Assembly (NCBI RefSeq): GCF_006345805.1
Contig: NC_043004.1
Coordinates: 16,306,001 to 16,370,000, forward strand
Length of the DNA stretch: 64,000 nucleotides
Reading direction: 5' to 3'
DNA from: Octopus sinensis
Lineage: Eukaryota
Part shown: positions 1-11,112 of the stretch, one piece after another
Numbering within the stretch: the stretch's first letter is position 1
Layout: each line of letters begins with the position of its first letter
The notes under the pieces: generated by a model
Told to the model about the DNA's origin: nothing
The model's database searches: none
What the model saw: only the letters and a program-made list of their open reading frames with translations
Made by a program: the position numbers and the translations under genes

Positions 1-49
1 ATGTACATTTTTGTTGTACACCCTCCGTGACCTCATGTGCCCACATATG

Positions 50-356
<307 letters not shown>

Positions 357-1193
357 TTATGTATGCACGTATGTATATATATATATTATATAACAAAAGT
401 ACAGATAGAAAATATCACATCTTTAATTGTTGAATTCCCTTTATAAGCCGACGATCGTTTCTGTCGTATCAACATATTTAGATACAAAAAATATAACTCA
501 AATTAATATATATTAAACAAAATTTATCAGGGACCAATGCAAATAATAACAAAGTAGAGAAAAACATAGATTAACCAGCTGATCGATAGGACAACAATTT
601 AAATCATATTTATTGATACAATGCATGACGTAACAAACGGCTGTTGCTAAACAAAATACCTTAATGCAGTCTACACATAAATGGGAGAATAAAATTATTC
701 ACATTCATGGGGCATTCGAATTAAGGCAACAGATCTTCATCAAAGTGAAAAAAGAAGAGCATACAGTATAAACAGGCGGAAGAAGGAAAAAGAAAGGAAA
801 ACATGTCTTCGGCAATAAGTCTAGAAGCCTAGTATGTTAAATGCACATCAGGTTTCAAAGAGCGTAGGTGTGAGAGCGAGCTATTAAAGGACTAAGGAAA
901 ACTACGAACTATTAACGGGAGAAAGCAGTTAGGAGTGGGTGTCAGGGTGTTATAAAAAATAAGTTATCAAGTTGTAAAGGAAATACAAACATAAATGTCA
1001 AAGTTCAAACGTATGTTAACGGAGAAAACTTAAATGAAGGTAAACGAATTAACGTAGATTACTAAAGAAAAAAATTAACTCACAGGAAATTAATACCAAG
1101 AAACCGCCTATGGTCCACAATGGGGTAAGTGTAAGTTCAATGGTCTCTACATTGTTCAGTAACAATTTAAAACAGGTCATTTGTTAAAGCCGT

Positions 1194-1313
<120 letters not shown>

Positions 1314-1327
1314 TTATTTTATAGAAG

Positions 1328-1380
1328 GAGCTTCTACAGGACTAGAACTGTTTCATTCAAATGAAATCATCAGGAAGCTC
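1328..1380 (-). ncRNA. Type I hammerhead ribozyme motif (left arm of palindrome)
   Basis: Mirror image of the 1383-1435 motif; differs only in helix III loop (TTCTAGTC). Confidence 0.65.
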
Positions 1381-1382
1381 AT

Positions 1383-1435
1383 GAGCTTCCTGATGATTTC
1401 ATTTGAATGAAACAGTTCTAGACCTGTAGAAGCTC
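1383..1435 (+). ncRNA. Type I hammerhead ribozyme motif (Penelope pLTR-like, minimal helix II)
   Basis: Helix I GAGCTTC 1383-1389 pairs with GAAGCTC 1429-1435. Core CTGATGA 1390-1396, weak helix II TTC/GAA, GAAAC 1409-1413, helix III ACAG/CTGT with a CTAG-containing loop, cleavage triplet GTA 1426-1428. Confidence 0.7.
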
Positions 1436-1519
1436 CTTCTATAAAATAAATTAATTTACTCTGCTATGTATTGAGTACCTTATTTATTGTGGTTAACCCC
1501 GACTCAACCCGGGACCTAC

Positions 1520-1578
<59 letters not shown>

Positions 1579-1599
1579 GTTTATGAATTTGTGTTGAAA

Positions 1600-1655
1600 G
1601 ACTCCTGAAGTGAAACCGTGTGTTGAAACCGATATCGTAATATTTCGGTATAGTC
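1600..1655 (+). ncRNA. Degenerate type I hammerhead motif
   Basis: GACT(C)-CTGAAGT-...AAC/GTT...-GAAAC-CG...CG-GTA-(T)AGTC. Helix I GACT/AGTC with one mismatch next to the core, A9 changed to T, helix III ACCGA/TCGGT. Confidence 0.45.
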
Positions 1656-1719
1656 ATGTTTTTGCGCCAAATAAACACACGCACTATATATTCGTTCTTC
1701 ACTGGTTTATTACTGTTCT

Positions 1720-3040
1720 TATTTTAACTCATGTCCATTGTCATGACATCGTTCGTCACACATGCGTGACGTCTTCATTGAAACTTTCCCCTCATCCTGT
1801 GTGCTCCCGCTCCGCTTTCTCGATTCTGTTCTTCTATGATGTGTATCCTTACATGCGCCTACTTTTGCATCTGTCTTTGTGTGTGTTTGTGGGTGTGTGC
1901 GTATGTGTTTGCGTGAGAGTGTGTCTGTGGTTCTTAGTAGCACTACAACTGTCCTTTCATACTGTCCCCTTCCCCCCGTAACCGATGTTGCTGACCTTGA
2001 CTCCGACTTTTGGTACCGTTCCCCCTCCCTCTGTGTTTGTGCGTTCGCATACGTTGCCGCCATTGTGGTACCTATTGTTGTTATTGCTACTGCTGCTCTT
2101 GTTGTTTTATTGTTATGTTTGTTGTTGTTGGTGGTGGTAGTAGTGATGGTGGTGGTCTGGAGGGTGTTGCCGTTGTTGCTGTTGTCGTTGATGGTCGCGT
2201 TGTTGATATTCCAGCAGTTTTTGAAGTTAAGGTATGTATGTTTGTATATGGATTCGCTTACTATGGAGTTTTTTTGCATTTACCTATTTATCTCTATTTC
2301 CGATATTCATCATGGCTATGTGCATATTTGTCCATTGTGTGTGTATTACAATGTGTGAGTATTACTTGTGTCTTTAGTCGTCATGTTGCGTAGTGTGGTG
2401 GTGGGAGTTATTGTTCCATATATGTTTTATGTTGAGGCTCGGTCTGTCTATTACAATGTGAATAGCCTCGGTGATTTATCTTAGAGTCGTGTCAATATTA
2501 TGCGTTTATGATACCTTAACTCCTATATTATTGACCGTGCCTCTATGAACTACTTGGCAGATCACTGACAAGCCTCTCCGAACTTTGAGTTCACGCCAGT
2601 GTCCGCCCATATGTTCACCTATACTGCGTGCTATCTCTCTAAGTAATTGTCTTGTTTCTGCGCCGTCCTCAGTACATAAAAGCTACACACTATATTCCTA
2701 ACCTTAAACTTAACCTGCAGATTCATCCTACATACAATACAGTTGTTCTCCGTACATGGATCAAGGGCTTTAAGGGGCTACCGATTAGGATATTATGGAC
2801 GCTCCAGATCTTTCTACTACTTTAACCCACAGATTAGCCTTATCTATTACTTTTCTAAAACGGTATGCTAGTTCGCCGCCAGGGGTATCACCAACGAACA
2901 CGATACTCTGGTATGTTTTGTTGTCATACTATGAGTTGGCCTTATCTATCTTCTTCTGGTCCTTTCTGTCCTTTTTAGCAGGCAGATCCCCTCTCTATGG
3001 TGGCTTTGAACAAGCCAGGGCTTATTTACAAAGCCAGCGT
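1720..3040 (-). mobile_element. Penelope-like element remnant: end of RT region, GIY-YIG endonuclease, low-complexity 3' region
   Basis: Minus-strand manual translation gives YQSIVFVGDTPGGELAYRFRKVIDKANLWVKVVERSG (about 2790-2920), a decayed GIY-YIG segment (IARSIGEHMGGHWRELK, about 2600-2650) and EAIHIVIDRPSLN (2431-2475); interrupted by stops and frameshifts. Confidence 0.8.
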
Positions 3041-3044
3041 GATC

Positions 3045-3200
3045 TCCTCATTGCTGGTGTAATCCTTCCACCATATTTCAAGTATAACACGAATTGATCG
3101 CCTATGGAAGACGTCCAATTTGACCCTAGCTGTGCTTGTCCACGTTTCACACGCATAGATAGCAGTAGGCACTGCATTCGGCATGTAGAGAGGGGAACAC
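3045..3200 (-). mobile_element. RTE-type LINE fragment (post-RT region)
   Basis: AVPTAIYACETWTSTARVKLDVFHRRSIRVILEIWWKDYTSNEEI matches the LY.CETW...LDVFHRRCLR.IL.I.W.D..SNEE signature. Confidence 0.8.
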
Positions 3201-3235
3201 ACTGGGTAAGGTCTTCTAAATACACCAGGCATATA

Positions 3236-3287
<52 letters not shown>

Positions 3288-3345
3288 CAGACGGAGAGAA
3301 AAGAACGCGAGTATAAATAAGACACCCAGGGAAAGAAAGAAAGGG

Positions 3346-3382
3346 TGTTTTACGTTTCGATTAAAGCTCTTCTTCAGAAACA
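3346..3382 (-). ncRNA. Minimal type I hammerhead motif in a Penelope-pLTR-like repeat
   Basis: Minus strand reads TGTTT-CTGAAGA-AGAGCTTTAATC-GAAAC-GTA-AAACA: 5-bp helix I, canonical core, palindromic ACGT helix III, GTA site; helix II degraded. Confidence 0.6.
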
Positions 3383-6300
3383 GGAAACAGGAAGGTTCAA
3401 AAGCAACGGAAAAAATACACACACACACACACACACAAATATATATATTTACGAGGAGCATAATGAATATGATTTACTGTATCTCATTGAGTCAAAATAT
3501 ACTTTTTTTACCAATGCTAGGCTACATTACAAAGACTATAGCTACACTATGATGTAATCTGAATGAGTAAGACGAGATATAGTAAATGTGTCTCTTCAAT
3601 TCTCCAAAATTACATTTGAGAAAAAACTCATACACACCAATATCCAAAATAGACATCAGAAAGATCAGAAATGCAACAAAGATTTGAAATATCTAGGTGA
3701 AATCGAAATAGGTTCATGAAAAAATGGCACATAGTATGAACTTAACGAAACTCGACTAAATCTAAAAACTGAATATGAAGTATTTTCTATAGCTTCTTAA
3801 AGATTTCTTGGGGTGGCTCTCTTCCTGGTGTATTTATGCACCATGTTGTTTAAAGAGAGGAGCGAAAATACTGAAATTACACATCTTGTGACAGTTTGAA
3901 CATTACATTTTGAAACTTGGAAATTATCAAATCTGACATTAATCTGGAAAATTTGAATCCAATTGATAAAATAAAGTTGATTGCCAAACACCTTAAATTA
4001 TCCAGATATTTTATTAGCAACCTCAATTTTGATCGAGCTATTCACGAGGAATTTCTTCAGCAAACAGGCACCTGACTGTTTCTGACCGTTTCAACAACGA
4101 CAACTATGCTGACCAATTTTTACTCCCAAAGATGATGCAACAATACAAAATAATAATACAATACTCACGATGTAATTTTCAAACAGGTAGGGAATAATAT
4201 CTCTAAAATCAACAAATACTAATTTTGCCCCGGTTACCAATTTTTCACACACACTATATATATATATATATATAACAACAAAAGTGGGTTTTAAATATTC
4301 ATAACAACTGTTTCAGCAGCATTCTTTTTTGCTGAATAGTCGTTCGACTTCTCTGCATGCATCCTCAGTATAATCCATCTCACCAAAGAAATAAAAATAT
4401 GGTGCTGAATCAACTATTGCGAATTTCTATCATTAGCCTGTGTCTTCGACTTTTGTTTTGTTTTGTTCTTTTGAAAATTCTCACTATATATATATATGTA
4501 TGGTATAACTTGGTTTAAGAAGAGACAAAATTTAGATAATCATCCTATAGTTATGATTCACATCAAAATAGTAAATACATGTAGCATAATAAATACACCA
4601 AGACGAGAAACATATCACTGTATTATTTAGAACAGAAATAAGAAATACATGAGGTAAAAAATATACGTGAAAAGGACAAAATAATTAAAGAGTGATACAT
4701 CGATTAAAAATCATTTTAAGTTTAAGATGAAAGAAGTTGAATTAAAAATTAAAAGTTATAAGATATATCGACGGCAGTAAGAAAACTTAAGTCAGAAAAG
4801 TAATAAGAATAAACTTAGGAGTTCTAAAGAAATGTTTATAGAGGGCAATACAACGTATATGGTGTGATAACCAATATAGGCATAACTTTTAATCTTTTAA
4901 ATTATGCCTTACGCAATAAAAGCGAATGTTTCAAATCCGCTAGAGGACATAACAAAACTGTAACTATGTTATAAGACTTGAGCTAAGGCATATCATTATA
5001 TATATAGTAGCAATAATGTAATATTTGTACAGCCAAAAGTATACAAATACTCCTCCGCATGACAACAACCCTCAGAAATATTGTGAGACAAATACATCCT
5101 ACATACAGTCATGCATTAAATTCAGGTAAATAAAGTAAAATTAATGTTATTCTCCGAGAAATATTGTGTATACTTATACATCACTGATACTTTTCCGTAT
5201 GAATAATATATAAATAAGTTAACCGATGAATAATTTATGAGTTTACATAGTAATCGATATACTTTAATAACTGAAATATTAATAGACATTTATCATTTAC
5301 AATTTGAAAACAAATAGTCTTAGAGTACATTAGAGTCAACGGTGTTATCGTAAACTTTGGTAGCACATATAATATGTCTCCATCATTCTCTTTAGCCACT
5401 ACAATGTGTAGCATGTGTGTTCGCTTTTCTCGATGATTATAAGTTTACAGCTATATTATCATATCATCAACAGTAGCATCTTTATAGTAGAAAACAGCCC
5501 AACAATGCTATACCTCTGCATAGATTTTGTCGCTCACAAATTTTGTCCTAAACAATTATTTAACCGTACATCTCCCTTCTTCTATATTTTTGTTAGTATG
5601 ATATTCTTAAAGTATGACCAATACAACAATGTAAATATAGGAAATTATATCTTCAGCATGGGTTTATATATGCTCACATCAGTTACACAGGCTTAATATT
5701 CTCAGGCCAATAACCTTCATGATCGAAGAGCGCTTTACCAATATTCACATTGCATTGGATTCCAAGATATCTCCTGAAAGCTAGTCACTTGAAAAGCAGC
5801 ATGAAGATCAATGAGAACCCTTCTAATGACAGTAGTGCTTCGTCGTTTAAAGGCATTTCTACAGCAACTACCATATCGTCTTACTTTTTAGAGTATCTAG
5901 TTCTTTTCCCTTATTATTCAGGGCTTCTTTTCAGCGTATCGCCGTCATTAATCTAACCGCTAGCCACTCACTGACGATTATCTTTTATCTTTGCTTTGAA
6001 AAACGCAGAGCCTTCCATCTTGGCTTAGATATTTACTGCATTCCGCTCGTGACAAACGTTTAGGTAAACCTCAACATTTCCAGCCTAATCTGACTTGGTG
6101 AACCTGCGTCGACAATATAAACACGAGTAAAACGTTTCTTGTCTCTACCAACATTTCAATGATTGCTCTGTAACCTAAGAAAAACACTCAACTAGCATTT
6201 CTCAATAGATACACATCGGCCGATAAGTCAGTCAGTGGAACATACGAATATAAAATTTATGCACGGCTTCGTGCTACTTTTAATCGAAATTCATTACACA

Positions 6301-6599
6301 TACATATACAAGGAACAAGTCTAATCCTTTCATTGTACGTCTTCACAACCTTGTATTCACAGGGGCTTGTAACAAGTTCGGTACAAACGGCGATTGCTCA
6401 GAGAGATATAAATCTATGCAATGACAGTATGTTATGTTCTGATTGTTACAATGACATTGAATTTCATCATCCTGTTTTCTAGCATCGGATATACAGTAGA
6501 TGGCATCATTAGCAAGCTATTAATTTATCACACTTAGTTTCTACACATTCAGAATGCGCAACATGTACCAAATCTATGCGCTAATTGATAGAAAATGTT

Positions 6600-7680
6600 T
6601 TAGTTCTCAATTGCAAGGAACTGTTTTATTTCCTGTCTTCATTTTTCATTCATCAGTAGTCCATCATGTATGGGAGAGTATCTGTCAAAAATATATTTGT
6701 CATCTATTGCTTGTCAGTCTTTTAAAGAAAGTTCATACGAAACACTTCAGCATCTTCAGCTCAGCTCGTAATTGTTCAACTTCTACATTGCTATTCTTCT
6801 TTAGAATGGTATATATGTATTGCCATGGAAATCGATGTAACTATTCTACAAATATCATACGTCTGTATCATCCATATCATACGCATCTATTTCTGGTAAG
6901 CACTGGTGGTAAACATATAAGCACTGATGGTAAACCAAAAAAGAAATCAAGACAATTAGAAAAATTGATAACTGTTGGTGGTAAACTGAAAACTCATGTT
7001 AAAATAACTTAAGTTCTTCTTGAATGCTGAACTCTAAACAATATGGAGAGAGAATGTTCGTGTCACATCGTACAAAAAATTGTGTAAAGGAAGCTTATTT
7101 ATATATTACGTCAACTCTACTCACTAATTATAAACAATAGCCTATAAATAATTGTATATTCATTTTTATTATCAAGTCAGTTCCTAACTAATCATCTGAG
7201 TACACAAGTACATTTCATATTTTCCTCATGAACATTCACTTTAGAATGAACATGAAATAGCTTGTGCATTGAAATGAAAGCAGTTAACGAACACTTATTG
7301 ACAGCAGTGTTGTCTTTATTCTATTCTTTGTTTAAAATTATGTCATAAACAAGATGAAATACTTAGGTATGTTGCATTATATCTCTCTTGCATCAGTGTT
7401 GCTAGCAACTCGTTTGCTATGCTTGTCCATTACTTGCATCCTAATAGATGTTATTAAATGTACCATTTCTATTAATATATGAGATAACGAACATCAATAA
7501 ACTTCAATATATTGTGTTATTACAAGATCAGAGGAACATTAATTTGAAATATGACAGAGAAATGTTGAAGCTACTGGAATCCATCATTTATGATGTTTTC
7601 ACTCTATGACCCTGTGAGGACATAAGAGATAAATTATGAAATATATTTTCACAAAAGTATTGTCTATCTAGCTTTTGACA
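6600..7680 (+). pseudogene. Possible decayed intronless class A (rhodopsin-like) GPCR
   Basis: KNIFVIYCLSV (TM2-like, 6687-6719), SLEWYICI (ERY-like, 6798-6821), Trp 29 codons later (TM4-like), AAT CC ATC ATT TAT (NPIIY with a 1-nt deletion, 7578-7591), then IRDKL*NIFSQKYC (helix-8-like). Many stops and frameshifts; inference only. Confidence 0.28.
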
Positions 7681-7712
7681 TAATTAACATAACACTACTG
7701 TATATATACTGA

Positions 7713-7776
<64 letters not shown>

Positions 7777-7897
7777 CAAGATGAAATTTGATAAATATAT
7801 ATTAATAAAGACAAAGTTTCTCGCATATTTCGCAGACATACGCTTAAATCGCCAGTAAATGTTTTTTCTTTGACGTAAACTACGTCGTAAACCTACA

Positions 7898-7938
7898 TAG
7901 GTATTCTAGTTGATTACGTAGGTATTCTAGTTGATTAC
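7898..7938. repeat. 21-bp tandem duplication
   Basis: TAGGTATTCTAGTTGATTAC occurs twice, 21 bp apart. Confidence 0.95.
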
Positions 7939-8159
7939 TGACAGTACTTAGACATTAGAAATATTTTAGATATTGCAGTGCAACACATAATTATTTACAG
8001 TATATAAAAGCAAACAGACTACAGAATATGAATACGAATGTTTCTTGCACTTTTCTACACTGATGTAATATCAGCAAATTTGAATTAATAATTGTACAAT
8101 ACATGGTCTTATCAATAAATATCTCGACTGGTGCCATAGGAACAAAGCTAAAGCACGCA

Positions 8160-8925
8160 GAGCAAAAGCGCTTGGATCAGATTCATCTTGAACTTTGTTG
8201 TGTATGTTCACGAGGTTTTAACGTTCTATCTCACTTCCGCTGTTTTCCGCACTGTTTAAAACCAAGTTGTGTAGTGTGTGTGATCGTCGCATTGAGCATG
8301 GTAGAGAACGTTGAGCAGAGAATCTGAATCAAATTTTGCAGAAAGCTTGGCGATGCCGGCTCAGAGGCCGCAAAATTTTCAAAACCTTTTCATCATTCTC
8401 GACACTGTCAAGGAGATTTTGTGCAACTGAAACCCAAGTGTCTTTTTGGTTATCAGAAAGTAGTTTTGGCACAAACTTAGCAGTCGCATATCTCATACAG
8501 AAATTTCGTTGATAATGAACTGAATTGAACCGACCGTAGTTAATCTGCACATCCTCTGATAACACACGAATGTCGACGATTTCCACTCACACATCTGCAC
8601 ACACGTCTCAGTTCTGCTGGTTGCGGATCTCCCAGAACGCTCGTCAATATCGACATTTTTCGGCTATCTTGGAAACGTCTGAGCCACTCGAAGGCATGTT
8701 TGTGGCTCATACACGCCTCTCCATGCACTTTCTGTATCTTTGCGCAGGCCTCTGAACAGGTATCGCCATGACAACTTTCTCTGTCTTCGTCAATGCGACG
8801 ATCACACGCTACATAAGTTCCTTCTAAGCAATGCTATAATCAGCGGAAGTGATCTAGAACTTTAAAACTTGGTTTACATGTACAACAAAGTTCAAGGTCA
8901 GTCTTTGTCAAACGACTTTTCCTTA
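8160..8925. mobile_element. Mariner transposon relic: two 5' halves in inverted orientation
   Basis: Plus strand 8296-8372 reads MVENVEQRI*IKFCRKLGDAGSE. Minus strand 8770-8376 reads GDTCSEACAKIQKVHGEACMSHKHAFEWLRRFQD...AKFVPKLLSDNQKD. The 5' leaders of the two halves are homologous. Confidence 0.85.
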
Positions 8926-9249
8926 TTGCCGTACAAAGGCTACCATTGATTTTCGTGTTAAAAATATTTTAATATCTTAACAATATTGGGGGAATGGAGT
9001 TCGTCTTCATTCTAGATTAAAAGGTAAAAGTCGCAGTCATTTTCGATAAAGTATCGTAAACAAAACAAGAAATCAAGGTGAGTTACTCTCAGATAACTTA
9101 TTTTGTGGGATTATTTCCCTAGGGTTTAGCTTATATTATATTATATTATATTATATTATGCGTACGTGTAATATTCGTATGTTTTCGTGCTGAAGGTGTT
9201 CATCATGGGGGTCATATGTCTTCCGTGTGTGAAGTTCACATAATGTATA

Positions 9250-9737
9250 TATTTAATGTTCACGTTCAGGGAAAAACAACCTCTCCTTATAAGATTGTTG
9301 GAGCGGGTGGTGGTTCCTCTTTGAAATGTTGGAGTGTAAAATATTGTTTGTGCACTAATATTTATGATGTTATCTTTTGATTGGATAATATTTAGCTTTG
9401 CAATAGTATAAGGCTCACATGTGGTACTCCGTACCATGTATATTTTGCCTTTAACAATAATTGTCGATGTTATCTGAGGGTTCCTTCATTCAATGTCCAT
9501 ATCATATTGGATAGGGATGGCGCATGTCTTTTTTTTCCTGAATGCCACTAGATATGGTGAGTGTTAGGGGCTACATTCATGCTACTATGTGGGTTGAACC
9601 ATAACATTTACCTCTTTTTGACTTCTTGGATTATCTACTTTTGGTGGTAAGTAGCTTATACTATTCTGGAAGTTTGACTCTCTAATGCAGCATATTTGTG
9701 ATGGGTGCCATTTTCGAGAGTGTCTCTATCGGCATAT

Positions 9738-9809
<72 letters not shown>

Positions 9810-9950
9810 AATGTTAATGTGTGTGTATGCATATATATATATTAGGGTGTGTTGAGGGTTATTACTCTACGTGTCATTTACTTTTAATGCTCTAAATGCT
9901 TCCATATTCTATAACTGAATTCGGCACCTCTTTTGCAACAATATAATAAA
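9250..9950 (-). mobile_element. Degraded Penelope-like element (WFNP linker and GIY-YIG C-terminal part)
   Basis: Minus strand gives MLWFNPHSSMNVAPN (about 9570-9612) and a decayed IWTL..K...C.LC..KL.II..KDNI.N-type segment (9350-9510); split by a (TA)n tract at 9735-9805. Confidence 0.65.
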
Positions 9951-11072
9951 CATTTTCTGAGGGTTCCTTCATTCAATGTCCATATCATATTTTCTGTTTT
10001 TCTTTCTTTTAAACAGTCAGGTGTGACTTGAGGAAGAAACAACACCTACATTAGGAATAATATTTTTATTTATAATTATTTCTGTACAGCCGGCGTGGAA
10101 AATATAGCTTATGTTTCACATATTCCGGCAAAGGCGAAAGAGTTTGACATCCCTATCGTTGCTTGTCACCTACGAATACTAAGATATTCAAATTCTTTGA
10201 TTTAGTGAGTATAACCGAAGAAAGGTTCAATGCTTCAAACCAAGAAAGATAACTGCACTGAAATGAATATATTCAAATTTATAGAAAGATATACAAAACG
10301 TATAGAATGTTTTAAAATTTTAAGTCCTATCTCAGTCGGGTGTGATATTGCATCCTTACTGCAGGGATAATTTCAGGAATTAAGAATATACATACTATTT
10401 TTAGTATATATGGGATAGTAGCCTCTCCTGTCGCATATTTCGATTTAAACTATTTCGCTTACTAAAGAGAAAATCGTGTTTATACAGTAGGATATCACGA
10501 GATATTTTCTGTCAATGTTTATTTATTTTTTTATAAGAACATTGAATATTCTGTAACCCAATCCATTTGCTTTAAAGTCAATATAAGGATCTGAAAGAAC
10601 CATACAACGCATTGTAACCATTGCTATCCTCACAGAAGTGCTGTTATTAGATGTGATGAGTTGTTCCCGAGCTCCGATTCTTATTTGCCTATCAGTGGGA
10701 TGCTTTTCAAAATTTCCATATTTGTACTATGGAGACAAGGAAGAGCCGATAACAAGAAGCAATTTAGAAAACTCTTTTCTAACTGTCAAGCTTCGCAATC
10801 CTAAGTGAGTTTCAGAATATACTTGAAGCGAATAGTGCATAAAAAAAACATCACTCGGATATTTACTCGTAGCAGTTACCTGAATGCATACATGCACACG
10901 TATACAGACATGCAGACACATACACATCCATATATATGTACATATATATTTATACATATATGTATACATATATATACATATATACATATATATATTTATA
11001 CATATATATATCTATATATACATATATATACACACGCATATATACATACCTATATATGTATACATATATACT

Positions 11073-11112
<40 letters not shown>

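Larger units (their letters stand above)
1314..1449. repeat. 136-bp near-perfect palindrome with no loop
   Basis: Centre lies between 1381 and 1382. Arms are complementary out to 1314/1449 with a single A/A mismatch at 1341/1422. Confidence 0.97.

Noticed and set aside
1719-2279. 186-aa minus-strand ORF (and overlapping 159- and 127-aa plus ORFs)
   Set aside because: Low-complexity ACA/ACC-rich 3' region of the Penelope relic, downstream of the endonuclease end; no domain motif.
3915-4075. Protein-looking frame NLEIIKSDINLENLNPIDKIKLIAKHL...
   Set aside because: About 53 codons, no start, splice sites or recognisable motif.
6554-7012. 152-aa plus ORF as a gene
   Set aside because: No recognisable domain; its end is extended by an 18-21-bp imperfect repeat (6897-6986). 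The GPCR-like motifs are in a different frame.
10696-10804. AG/GT-bounded candidate exon (GCFSKFPYLYYGDKEEP...)
   Set aside because: One open frame in 109 nt with a weak acceptor is expected by chance; no partner exons.
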